Positions 1 through 11,991 of a stretch of DNA of 64,000 bases are shown piece by piece. Below the pieces are notes generated by a model. The model did not search any database. It was not told where the DNA came from and saw only the letters and a program-made list of their open reading frames with translations. This DNA is from Octopus sinensis (Eukaryota): positions 31,000,001 to 31,064,000 of the forward strand of contig NC_042997.1 in assembly GCF_006345805.1 (NCBI RefSeq), read 5' to 3'. Each line of letters begins with the position of its first letter. The first letter of the stretch is position 1. The position numbers were made by a program, and so were the translations under genes.

Positions 1-42
1 TGTTAGATGAATAGACAGATACATGTACTTTAAGGGAAATTT

Positions 43-620
43 GTATGTATGTATGTATGTATGTATGTATGTATGTATGTATGTATGCATGTATGTATGT
101 ATGTATGTATGTATGTATGTATGCATGTATGCATGTATGTATGTATGTATGTATGTATGTATGTATGCCTGTATGCATGTATGTATGTATGTATGTATGT
201 ATGTATGTATGGATGGATGCATGTATGTATGTATGTATGTATGTATGTATGCATGTATGCATGTATGTATGTTATGTATGTATGTATGCTATGTATGCAT
301 GTATGTATGTATTATGTATGTATGTATGTATGTATGTATGTATGATGTATGCACGTATGTACGTATGTATGCATGTTATGTATGTATGTATGTATGTATG
401 TATGCATGTATGTATGCATGTATGCATTGTATTTGTATGTATGTATGTATGTTATGTATGTATGCCATGTATGCATGTATGTATGTATGTATGTATGTAT
501 GTATGTATGTATATCATGTATGTATGTATGTATGTATGTATGTATGCATGTATGCATGTATGTATGTATGTATGTATGTATGTGTGTATGTATGTATGTA
601 TGTATGTATGTATTATATGT
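43..620. repeat. (TATG)n microsatellite
   Basis: Imperfect tetranucleotide tandem repeat; explains the MYVC/HTYI ORFs. Confidence 0.98.
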
Positions 621-823
621 ATATTGAGTAGTTGAATGAATTATCTTATTATGGATAATTCGGTTAACGATACCTGGGTAGAAAATTCACGTCAGAAAAA
701 CACGGTGAAGCTACATGCCTAGAGGCAGAGATCACGTGCTATCGTGTGGAAATTTGTGTGTTTTTTTTAAATACAAATAAATGAAAGAATGGAGTTGAAC
801 GACGAATTAACAAAATTCCTTTA

Positions 824-906
824 TTTTCGACATATGTTTCGAAGGCTGCATATTCCTAATTTCGAAGGAATAAGGGGTGCATTATGCCGCCTTCTCATCA
901 GGAAAA
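824..906 (-). ncRNA. Canonical type I hammerhead ribozyme motif
   Basis: Minus strand reads TTTTC-CTGATGA-GAAGGC...GCCTTC-GAAAC-ATAT-GTC-GAAAA: 5-bp stem I, intact core, stem II of at least 6 bp, palindromic stem III, GUC cleavage triplet. Confidence 0.88.
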
Positions 907-1089
907 ACAAGGAACTTATGTCAGCATCAAGATGCACAAAAACTTTTAGATGGCTGCCCACACGGAGCCCATAGCGATAATGAGTGTTTCTTTAAAATAT
1001 TCCGTTATGTAGTATGTATGTATGTATGTATGTATGTATGTATTATGTATGTATGTATGTATGTATGTATGTATCTAGATATATACACC

Positions 1090-2566
1090 CAGAACTACGC
1101 TAATAGCTTAGGAGTGAAATTTAGGATTTTTCGGTTTGCTGTGAATCGATTTTGATACAACTTTTCCCAGCTGGTTTGCACACTATGGCAACACCGTTGT
1201 TAAGTTTTCACTATTCTGTGTAATGTCCTTTTTTTCTTTTTATTTCAGAGTCGTCAATTTTTTGGCGAACCACGTTAATAGCTTTTGAATGAAAATAGCC
1301 CATCTAGACATTGGTTTTTCAGAAAATGAAAGGCAATGATATATATTAAGAATACATTGAATATATATTTAACAGAAGACCATAATAATATTATAACATT
1401 TATTGACATAATGAATTATTTAGCCACGTGAGTACCATTTCGACGGATAACTTCAAAAACCCTGTTAGTCATGGAATCAGTCAATTTCTTCATAGTAGTA
1501 GGTTGGACTGCCTCTGCTGCAGCTTTGATGGTAAATTGGCATCCATCGCATAAACATCTTGTTTAATGATGAAACAAAGATTTTCGATAGGGTTGAGATC
1601 CGGAGATGCTGGCGACCACACCATCAACCTTTCACCTTGTATACCGTAAGTTCCTAGTAATGTTTGGACGGTTCTAGCGGAGTGGGAGGGAGCGTTGTCA
1701 TACGTGAATACAAGATTCCTTAGAGGTGACAGCGGGATGTCATCTAGCCAGGGATCCAAGACCTCTTTCAGGAGATTGTAGTAGGAGGCTGCGGTCACTT
1801 TAACGCCTTCAGGCACCCTGACTGGGCCAACGAGTCTATCAACAGCCCACATGACACTATCCTGTTGTCGACGCCGAAAACGTTGGTGACTACAATAGAC
1901 CCAACTATTTGTCAAACCGTCAGGACCGTCAAGGGTCACCCTGGTTTTGTCAGTGAACAAAACACAACTCATGTCTAACGTTATGTACTTCTGGGACCAT
2001 TGAAGCCTCAAATTCCCGTGACCGGGTGTTAAGGGAGGCAGTTTCAGGGATTCTCGCACGGAAGCCATGGTCCCGAGGATGTGATTTTTGCTACATGACG
2101 AAGTCTAGAGGCGGTGAAAATGGCTTTGCTTGTTTTTCCAGGTTTCTCACGTAACTTGCAGCCAATATTTCTTAAATCCCTAGCTGTCACAGTCTTGGAG
2201 GTCCCACAATCAGATCGTTTCTTCCTTGGTGAAGGAATCGTGCAACTGCATCCATAAGACGACTTAACTTCTCCACAATGATACGAAGAGAGGTGCCTTT
2301 CGCATTTTCTTAGGTGACGACAGACTTTTCTTCATCGTTAAGGCCTTTTCCACGTCCCATTGTTTTTAGGGAGGCGAGACGCTATTAGCGTGGTTCACCC
2401 CCAAAACTGAAGAATCTGAAATAAAAAGAAAGGACGTTACACAAAATAATGAAAACATAATGGTTTGCCACAGTGTGAAAACCAGCTGGGAAAAGTTTTA
2501 TCAAAATCAATTCACAGAAAAACCAAGAAATCCTAAATTTCACCCCAAAGCTATTAGCGTGGCAAT
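1090..2566 (-). mobile_element. Tc1-like DNA transposon (DD37E/TRT-type) with ~190-bp terminal inverted repeats
   Basis: ~1090-1284 is the diverged reverse complement of ~2380-2566. Each TIR carries a CACGCTAATAGC-like motif at both ends. A transposase pseudogene lies between them. Confidence 0.9.
1490..2360 (-). pseudogene. Tc1-family transposase pseudogene
   Basis: Starts MGRGKGLNDEEK at 2360, then has stops/frameshifts. ORF 1490-2068 contains VLFTDKTR-TLDGPDG, DNAPSH and SPDLNPIE motifs. Confidence 0.92.
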
Positions 2567-2786
2567 ATATATTTATATCTATTTTTCCTCGTCTAGGCTT
2601 ATAGGCCCTCTTTATTTGTTTTCCTGTCCTGTTTCTATTCCTTCTTGTACTGTATTTTTTGTAATTGTATTTTATTTTGTATTTGTTTTTAATTGTATCG
2701 TTTTTACGTCCTGTTTTTGTCACATTTTCCCCCTTGTTTTTACCCCTCTGCAAAGGAATTTTATTTAATTCTTTCGCAGGAAGGAT

Positions 2787-2848
2787 TAGTTCGACGAGAC
2801 GTGTTCTGTCCTCACCTTCGAAACACGCTGGAGTTGAACTAGGGACAG
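2787..2848 (+). ncRNA. Decayed type I hammerhead-like motif with possible loop II pseudoknot
   Basis: TAGTTC-GACGA (core lacks CT)-stem II-GAAAC...GTT-GAACTA; loop II CTGTCC is complementary to downstream GGACAG. Confidence 0.5.
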
Positions 2849-3136
2849 CTGATGAAGGGGATTTTTCCTTGTGTAGTTGTCTAGTACTCTGTTTTTTCGT
2901 TGTTAAAAAAATGGTCCGTTGCATGCTGTTTTTACGTTTTCGTTTCTCGTTGAGTTCTACGTCTATTTGTGGTGTCCTGTACACACGTATATATATTTAT
3001 ATATGCATGTATATATATATGTTTGTATGTATGCATATATTTTATTTATTACACTATTGTATGACTGAGCGCCTTCGCGTCGATTCGATTCGATTCGTTT
3101 GGTTTCGTTTCGTTTCTTCTTCTTCTCTAAGCTGGT

Positions 3137-3137
3137 T

Positions 3138-3169
<32 letters not shown>

Positions 3170-3172
3170 TAT

Positions 3173-3270
<98 letters not shown>

Positions 3271-3273
3271 CTA

Positions 3274-3308
<35 letters not shown>
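3137..3308. repeat. (TA)n microsatellite
   Basis: Visible dinucleotide run. Confidence 0.97.
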
Positions 3309-3312
<4 letters not shown>

Positions 3313-4383
3313 GCGACTCCAGGTCATCAGCGTCACTCTCGGGTCTCATCACAGAATTTCGCGTTTCCCGCAATATTTCCAGCCACAAATGGTTTATTTT
3401 TTTTTATATCTAGCACTATAGATTTCTCCATTTCTAAGTTAAGGGTAAAAATATAGCAACCCTGCAATACACAACTAATCTTTACACACAGACGCACAGA
3501 ATAACAACAATCAAATAACGACAACTGAGTGCACAACAAATATCGGCAATCTGTTGCCTGTACTCTTGAAAAGAGATGCCAGTTAGTCTTTTGTATCTAC
3601 CAAGCTCGTTCGTACTAGCCCGAGTTGCTGGATAATTTTTCGTTCCTTAAAGAATGTTGTAGAACGGAAATTTTTCATAGATTGGAATTTAAATCCTAAT
3701 CTCTAGAGAAATCTATTGTTTCAAGAAAATATTGAACTTGAATTACCTTTAATTTTTACGATTATAGATAACAACTCGGGCTGTAACTTCTGAATATGAG
3801 TCTTCGAAGACAGTTGCTCCCATAAGTACCAAAATAAAATTTGGGGTTTATGGTGGGTCAAAGTTGGGAGCAAAAACAGGACATTGGAGACATATAAGGA
3901 AACCGAACGAAAACAAACATGGAAGGTCGTTAGATGAGAACGAGGGTAAAATAGCAAACAAGAGAAAAGATAGAAGAGAGAGATAGGATACATCCAGTCC
4001 TTAGGACAGTCCTGAAAGAAAAGAAAGATGATTACGTGAGGAAAAGAAAGATGGACGATGGTCACGTGTGAGCAACGAGAAAGGAAGTACAGGAGAAGAA
4101 GGGGGAGAGAGACAGATAGGAAACGGTGAAGGGGAGAAAAAAGGGAAGTAGAGAAAGGATGAGAGAGAAAACGATGGGGGAGGTCCTGTTTTCCATTTGT
4201 TTCTCAAGTTATTTGCGTATCGAACTCATTTGTTTTCGTATTTCATGTTGTTTACTATTGATGACGTCCCGTACCCATATATGCATGTATGTATATATAT
4301 ATATATATATAAATATATATATATAAATATATATATTTACTGCTGAGTAACCGCGCGAGCGTGGTGGATTTAAAATTTATAGC

Positions 4384-4483
4384 NNNNNNNNNNNNNNNNN
4401 NNNNNNNNNNNNNNNNNNNNNNNNNNNNNNNNNNNNNNNNNNNNNNNNNNNNNNNNNNNNNNNNNNNNNNNNNNNNNNNNNNN
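4384..4483. other. Assembly gap (100 N)
   Basis: Run of exactly 100 N. Confidence 0.99.
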
Positions 4484-4905
4484 GCTAACCATTGATATTG
4501 CCAGCACATTTCTAAGACAGAGTACGGTGCACTGTCTTCTGACTTATCACACCACCAGCTTCCACCACCATCACCATTAATGCCATCACCACTACCACCA
4601 AGAAGACTATAATCATCATTGCTTTCATTATATCAATCACTTTCTTACTGTTACAAACTATATCTCTTAAGCTGTCCAATACATTCCAAATGAAAAGAGG
4701 AAGCCAAGCTCATATCGTCATAGGTAATCACAATAGATAGGAAATGTATAGTAAAAGTGATGGAGTGATGAGGTTATCGTATGAAGTGGTGTGTAAAACA
4801 ACAATGTAGGCAGCAAAGTGATGGTTCTTGTAGTGATTGAGAAGACGTTTACGGTGAATACACACACAGATGCATACCTACGTAGACGTGCTTACATATA
4901 ACTAC

Positions 4906-4937
<32 letters not shown>

Positions 4938-4984
4938 TTATATGTGCGTGTGTGTGGTGTTTGTGTATGTGTGTGTGTGCGCGA

Positions 4985-5170
4985 CCGCTAACCCGGTAAT
5001 TCATTTTCCTCCGATTTTTTCACTCTCTCCATCTGTTTTTTGTTCCCCATTCCTTTCCGTAGGAGGGCGTAGGCTCGAAGTGTCAAAGACACTTTCATTT
5101 ATTTCTGAGTGTTAAACTAATACATCTTTGTTCTCTGTCTTTTCGCATGTTGTTTGCTTGTACAGTTTTG
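4985..5170 (+). mobile_element. Short repeat with a degenerate hammerhead (Penelope pseudo-LTR-like)
   Basis: Similar to 38850-39050 (+) and 32290-32450 (-); contains CTTT-CCGTAGG-A-GGGC-GTAG-GCTC-GAAGT-GTC-AAAG at 5053-5088. Confidence 0.6.
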
Positions 5171-5185
5171 AACCACATATTTCTC

Positions 5186-5555
5186 TCTATATATAAAGCT
5201 GAAGTTGTCTGTGTATGGCATGTTTGGTAGCCTTCAACTAACACTATCTCCTCCGAGACCCTGCGGCGCAAGTTAACCAAAATGGCTTGCTCTTCCTTCC
5301 GTTGAAGAAAAAATTCAAATCAGACCATGTTAACACCCAAAATTATTTACATCAAAAAGGTGATTACTTTTTATGAAAATCCCTATATTTTACGATTTTT
5401 TTACTGCTGTGTCGCCATTTTTCGGTGTATTTCAACCAGAAAAAATGTTCACTCAGAGAGAATAACAAGCTACATAATGCAAAATTTTTACTTTTTAAAA
5501 ATTCCAATTCTAAAGGGTCGAAACAAACCCGAGCAACGCCGGGCGATACTGCTAG
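5186..5555 (+). mobile_element. Non-autonomous Helitron-like element
   Basis: 5' TCTATATATAAAG, subterminal hairpin CCCGAGCAACGCCGGG, 3' CTAG followed by T. Confidence 0.8.
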
Positions 5556-5579
5556 TATATATATATATATATATATATT

Positions 5580-5700
5580 GTTTGTTCCTTCTCGAGCCAT
5601 GCCTGGCTCATAAGGGCCAGTTTCCTGGTTTCCTTGGCGTATAGGTTCCCCACTGGACGGGACGCCGGTCCGTCACAGGTGAGCTGCAAGATGCAAGAGG
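5580..5700 (-). mobile_element. 3' half of tRNA-derived SINE (family of 19460-19745)
   Basis: Reverse complement of ~19625-19745. Confidence 0.85.
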
Positions 5701-5713
5701 ACACACACACACG

Positions 5714-5746
<33 letters not shown>

Positions 5747-6111
5747 CACACACACACACATACACACACACACACACAAACATGTATCCCGTCTACTCTA
5801 AAACGCGTATCAAGTACTCGTTTAACTGAAATATAGTCCATCAGGTCCCATGAGTTATATCACATACATATGATATATACTTTCTCTTTAGATATTTTCG
5901 GAATATGATTATGTTTCTAGTAAACGTAAGTTTATACACACATTCTGCTATTATAGGAGTATATTGTACACATACACATACACATATTATAAACGCCAGC
6001 AAAACGTGAATGTTACGGAATCAATTGCGATATTGAAAATAGAAATGCAATACTTTTGCATTCTACGATTTCACATTGGCGCGGTCTATTTTCAGATATT
6101 ACTTTCATATT

Positions 6112-6705
6112 TTCACACAAGGCCATCAATTTCGGGAGAGGGGATAAGTCGATTACATCGACCCCAGTGCTCAACTGGTACTTATTAAAGGCGGTGAGCT
6201 GGCAGAAACGTTAGCACGCCGGACAAAATGCTTAGCGGTATTTCGTCTGCCGTTACGTTCTGAGTTCAAATTCCACCGAGGTCGACTTTGCCTTTCTTCC
6301 ATTTGGGGTCGATAAATTAAGTACCAGTTACGCACTGGGGTCGATGTAATCGACTTAATCCGTTTGTCTGTCCTTGTTCGTCCTCTCTGTGTTTAGCACC
6401 TTGTGGGTAGTAAAGAAATAAGTATTTCGTCTGCCGTTACGTTCTGAGTTCAAATTCCACCGAGATCGACTTTGCCTTTCATCCTTTCGGGGTCGATAAA
6501 TTAAGTACCAGTTACGCACTGGGGTCGATGTAATCGACTTAATCCGTTTGTCTGTCCTTGTTTGTCCCCTCTGTGTTTAGCCCCTTGTGGGTTAGTAAAG
6601 AAATAGGTACTTATTTTATCGATCTCGAAAGAATAAAAAGTAAAGTCGGCTTTGGCGGAATTTGAACTCAGAACGCAAGGAACGGACGAAATACCGAGAA
6701 GTGTC
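6112..6705. mobile_element. Nested SINEs: plus-strand dimer (~6187-6605) inside a minus-strand copy
   Basis: Head AAGGCGGTGAGCTGGCAG, B-box-like GAGTTCAAATTCC, body GTCGACTTTGCCTTTCATCCTTTCGGGGTCGATAAA. Flanking duplication GGTACTTATT at 6177-6186 and 6606-6615. Confidence 0.9.
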
Positions 6706-6750
6706 TACTTTCAGATATTAGAAATAAAAATAATATTTAGAGTTATGAGA

Positions 6751-6849
<99 letters not shown>

Positions 6850-7100
6850 GCTCGCGTTTTATACGAGGTGGTGAGCAAATACATATCTATACAAGATTAA
6901 TGCCCCGGTGCATAAGTGCGAGCTCGGTAAATATCTCAATAGACAGATAGACGTACAGATATGGATTGCTTAGTTCCATATGTTGATAGATGTTTATGCC
7001 TGCTTTCATAAGCCTTTCCATGTTCCAGTTTCGCCTATTGTCTGTCTGTCTGTCTGTCTGTCTATCTAATCTATCTATCTGTCTACACACAACACACACA

Positions 7101-7142
<42 letters not shown>

Positions 7143-7849
7143 TATATATATATATACACATAATACATACATGCACACACATACACATATACACAAATGC
7201 ATTCACAGACATACACAGATACATAAATACGTAGATACATGGATACAAACATACATATATATATATATATATGTTGTGTGTGTGTGTGTCTATGTATGTG
7301 TGAGAGCTTTTATGTGCGTAAGGATTCATGTACACCGAAGCACACAAATATAAACACGTATGTGTTTGTATGCGTATTCATGCGTGCGTGTGTGTGTGTG
7401 AGTATGTGTGTGTGAGTATGCGTGTGTGTATGTGTGTGTGTGTGTGTATGTGTGTGTATGTGTAGATTTACAGTGTTGGCCATTTTTAGATTTCAATATT
7501 TGTTGATTGCTATTGCAAGAAAATCCTTTTCAAAAAGAATGGTTTTGGTTTCACACAAGTGCAACCTCTTTGCCAGATTGATGTACATCTTATATAGTTT
7601 TCTTATTCGCTAAGCTATCAATTTTAAAATTGACCTATCTAACCATCGATTTGTATATCAATTGACCCACTAAACTATTTATACATGTTCAGACCCACAC
7701 ACACGCGCAAATGTGACGCGCGCATACACACACGTACATACGCACTAGTATTTAATATTTCTATGCTTTTCTTCTTCCATCTTTGCCGCCGTCACTTCGC
7801 TGCTGCTGCTGATCACGATGATGATGATGATAATAATAATAATCCTGTC

Positions 7850-8565
7850 TTCTATAGACACAAAGCCTGAAATTTTGGAAGAGGTTTTAATCTTCTATAG
7901 GGACCCCACCCCACTTCTCAACTGGGGATTATTTTGTCGAACTCAAAGGGGCTAAATGCAAAGTCGACGCCGGTGATGTACATTAAAAGACAAAGAACAA
8001 AAATATATAATTATTTCTTTATTGCCCACAGGGGGTTAAACAGAGAGGGAACAAACAAGGACAGTCAAAGGGATTAAGTCGATTACATTGACCCCAGTGC
8101 GTAACTGGTACTTATTTAATCGACCCCGAAAGGATGAAAGACAAAGTCAACCTCGGCGGAATTTGAACTCAGAATGTAACGGCAGACGAAATACCTATTT
8201 CTTTACTACCCACAAGGGCTAAACACAGGGGACAAACAAGGACAGACAAGCGGATTAAGTCGATTACATCGACCCCAGTGCGTAACTGGTACTTATTTAA
8301 TCGACCCCGGAAGGAGGAAAGGCGTAGTCGACCTCGGCGGAATTTGAACTCAGAATATAGCGGTAGATGAAATACCGCTAAGCATTTCGTCCGGCGTGCT
8401 TACGATTCTGCCAGCTCGCCGCCTTAGTATATAATATTTTCTACTCTAGGTACAAGGCCTGAAATTTTGGGGGATGGGGTTAGTTGATTACTTCAACCTC
8501 AGTGCGTAACTGGTACTTATTTCATCGACCCCCGAAAGGATGAAAGGCAAAGTCGACCTCGGGGG
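7850..8565 (-). mobile_element. Tandem cluster of the same SINE family
   Basis: Three to four reverse-complement copies of the 6187-6605 body. Confidence 0.9.
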
Positions 8566-8757
8566 AATAATTATGTTCTCTAATCGGCAACATTAACTGC
8601 AGTAAATTATCTACTGCGGAACTGTTTCCGGACTTTAGCGCGCCAGATCTTAGACATTTGAAAATAACCCCAATGTAATCGGTAGGACTACGCACACCTC
8701 TAATTTTATAAGGACAACTAGTGTATAATTCTACAAATTATATTGAATTGGAACGAT

Positions 8758-8789
8758 CGTACTGAAGAGTCTGCAGACGAAATATTACG
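8758..8789 (+). ncRNA. Minimal type I hammerhead-like motif
   Basis: CGTA-CTGAAGA-GTC-TGCA-GAC-GAAA-TAT-TACG; one nucleotide short at the cleavage site. Confidence 0.6.
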
Positions 8790-9273
8790 TAAGTAATTAT
8801 CGGTAATAGACGAAATCAGTCTACGATTAATTCTGGATTTTGATATATTTTCATCTGTCTTACCCGCTTATGTTCTGGTGTTTGCTGAATTTCTCTTGAG
8901 AACATTCTTTATCTTTTCTTTGTAGTTAGATTATATGTGATCTTCTAGCATATTGGTTACCCACCTAGAGGTTATCCCTAAATCTATGCATGTATATATA
9001 TATATATATATATATATAATACAAAATGGGACAAGAACGCAAAACATCCAGATAGACGATACAAAGAAAACAAGGACGGGTCATTCGAAGTTTACTTTCC
9101 TCAGTCAAGCTCCAGATTATCCTCGCAATTTCAGGTGATTATATTTGAGATTGCTCCAATCTGGCTAGCCCCTAGGAAAAACTAAGCTAAGAGCATTAGA
9201 TTCCTTGGGAGAAAGCAGCGAATGTATACGAAAACAAGGACGGAAAAACCGGACAATGTACACAAATACAAAT

Positions 9274-9311
<38 letters not shown>

Positions 9312-9489
9312 CACATGCATACATACATATATACCAAGAAGTTCGTCGTCTACGTTGTCGTCATCATAATCGTCTTCCTCTTTTTCTATTTTTTCAATTT
9401 TTTATTTCTCTTTCCACCCGTTCCTCCTCAGACAAATTCGTTGCCATCATTTCTGTAATCAATGGTGAAGGCATCAGCCTTCCAAACCG

Positions 9490-9680
9490 TTGTTACTGTT
9501 GTTGTTGTTGTTGTTTTTGTGTGTTGTTTTTTGCTCTTCTTCTCTTCTTCTTCTTTTTCTTTCTCGTTCCTCTTCTTCCTTCTTCTTCTTCTTCTTCTCT
9601 TCTTTTCTTCTTCTTCTTCTTCTTCTTCTTCTTCTTCTTCTTCTTCTTCTTCTTCTTCTTCTTCTCCTCCTCCCTTCTCC
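9490..9680. repeat. (GTT)n/(CTT)n microsatellite
   Basis: Visible trinucleotide runs. Confidence 0.95.
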
Positions 9681-10726
9681 TTTTCACTATCGCTCATTCG
9701 TCTCTCTCTCTTGAAAATACCGAGTACCGCGTGACATCTCACTGATCATTTGAAACAACCAGCGTATTTAAGTTGTATTCGCCCGATTTCTCTTAATATT
9801 CTGGTGTTGATACGACTGACGAAAGTACGAAACCTCTTCGTCATTAGCAGCTTTAAGATGTTCTCTCGCCCAGACCAACACACAACCTTGTCGGGACGTA
9901 AAACCATTTTACTTTGCTAAAATCGACTTCTTTCCGTCACGACAAATTATTTGCCTCAATTCAGATAATCTCGTATGTCATTCATGAGGATCATCATATA
10001 TGAATGTGTATGAGTGTATGAGTGCATGAGCATTTGTGCATGTTGACACACTCATGTACAGACATATGGATGTGCACATATACGTATGTACATATATGCA
10101 CGTACTTGCGTATACATGCACACATACGCGTATACACATGCACAAATACGCGAATACACTCGCACACAAACATATATCCAAACATGCACCCATACACGCA
10201 TATATATATATATGTTAGCCATATATATGTTGCAGCCATGCTGAGGCATCGCATTGAAAATTTTTTGTCGATTGAATCGACCCCAGTACATTTTTTAAAG
10301 CGTGGTCCTTGTTTTATCGCTCCTTTTTGCCAAACCACTTCGTTACGGAGACGTAAACACATCATATATATGTATAAATATGTATATATATATACATATA
10401 TATATATAATCCTACTATTCCTCATGATGGGGTGAGAGTAATAGTAGGTATAGAGACGGTGAAGGCGGTGGTGATGACAGACTAAGAGAAAAAGAGAGGG
10501 AGGGAAAGAGAGACAAAGACATTTAGGGAGAGTTGATGATGTTTTATTAAAAGTAGTAGTGTTGATGGTGGCAGTGGGAGTAATAATAAAAGAGAGAGAA
10601 AGAGTGGATATGTGAGAGGAAGAGGGAGATGATATACCCCTTTGTCTAAGCATGTCGCTTTGACAGAAATTCCTGTCGCCAACATACTGAACTCTATCAT
10701 TTTTGTCTTACTTTTTGCTTTCTTTA

Positions 10727-10761
<35 letters not shown>

Positions 10762-10874
10762 ATACACTTTAATTGAGATTAAGTTTCCTCACCTATTAAA
10801 CATACCTAATATAATAAATGTGAATGTCAGAGTGTCACACTTTTTCAACTTTAATAAATCCCTTCACCTGGAAG

Positions 10875-11075
10875 CACAAGGCCTCAAATTTTAGGGAAGG
10901 GATTATGTCGATTATATGGACTTCAGTACGTAACTGGTACTAATTTTATCGACCCCGAAAGGATGAAAGGCTAAGTCGACTTCGACGGAATTCGAACTCG
11001 AAACCTAACGGCAGGCGAAATATCGCTAAGCATTTCGCCCGGCGTGCTAACGATTTTGTCAACTCGCCGCCTTAA
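10875..11075 (-). mobile_element. SINE copy (6187 family)
   Basis: Reverse complement of the SINE head and body. Confidence 0.85.
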
Positions 11076-11077
11076 TA

Positions 11078-11643
11078 TAATATAATATGATAAATGTGAG
11101 TAGCAGTGTGTCAGTGTGTCACACTTTCTCAACTTTACTCCTAGAAGCCGTAGCCCAGCATGTCATACCATTTTGGAATCAGTCAGACTCCATGGCAAAA
11201 TTAAAAACATTCCGGGGTAGAATCCGGACCCACAATCCTGAAATTCTGGATCCCTAAGTTTTCATTACTGTGATTGTTTTCGGATGATTTCTTTACGTGA
11301 CTTTTTGCGACAAACATTTTTGTACGATAACAATTTATATAATCTAAAGGTTACCTGCGTGAGTAAATTAAAAACATTCCGGGCCGAATTCGGACCTGCA
11401 ATCCTGAAATTTTGGATCCCTATCTTTTCATTACTCTGATTGTTTTCGCCGATTTTCCTTTACATGATTTTTTTTTTGCGATGAATATGATCATCATTGG
11501 GAAATAACTCCGGAGGAAGCAATTGCAACAAATTCTGCAAAACAGGTCACAGATCTGTTTGCAGATCTTCCCATTCAGGACCCGTTGCTTAAAAGTTATA
11601 TACTAGTCCAAAAGCCGCCTGATAGGGCGGCTTTAAGCCAGTG
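11078..11643 (+). mobile_element. Non-autonomous Helitron-like element with internal ~168-bp tandem duplication
   Basis: 3' hairpin AAAGCCGCC-TGATAG-GGCGGCTTT followed by CCAGT (CTAG-like). 11198-11310 is repeated at 11366-11482, and the 5' segment is echoed at ~10806-10856. Confidence 0.65.
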
Positions 11644-11736
11644 TATATATATATAACAATTGCAGCGTGGAAGGTGTTGATAAGCCATTTAAGAAACACA
11701 CAAAACCGTTAGATTCACTTCAAAATTTAAATTTAA

Positions 11737-11788
11737 TTTGTCAAAATATTTTCGTCGCTTTGAAACCTGCGACCTGTTCACTGACAAA
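11737..11788 (-). ncRNA. Type I hammerhead motif with G3-C8 core variant
   Basis: TTTGTCA-GTGAACA-G-GTCGC-AGGTTTCAAA-GCGAC-GAAAA-TA-TTT-TGACAAA: 7-bp stem I, 5-bp stem II, palindromic stem III. Confidence 0.75.
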
Positions 11789-11957
11789 GCTTCGTGATGC
11801 GTTGTGTTCTTGAGCACAACACTTTGTTTTATGTTGCTGCACTCCACACAGCTAGCGAAAATGAACAACCCTGTAACGGACCCGCGTCCCATCCAGGGGT
11901 TGTGGTGGAATATATACATCACAAAATCCAGGAAACCAGCCTAATGAACCTATGACC

Positions 11958-11959
<2 letters not shown>

Positions 11960-11991
<32 letters not shown>

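Noticed and set aside
23-635. ~200-aa ORFs (MYVC repeats) and similar poly-amino-acid ORFs across the window, e.g. 35671-37047, 30474-31337, 56753-57391
   Set aside because: They are translations of microsatellites lacking stop codons, with no domain content.
700-740. CACG...TGCC-TAGA-GGCA-GAGA...CGTG possible ribozyme fold
   Set aside because: Neither core strand matches the hammerhead consensus.
2385-3174. 199-aa and 169-aa ORFs
   Set aside because: They run across a transposon TIR, a T-rich repeat and a TA microsatellite, and show compositional bias with no recognisable domain.
9810-9845. CTGACGA-AAGTAC-GAAAC hammerhead-like words
   Set aside because: No stem II pairing, and stem III cannot form (CTC instead of GTC).
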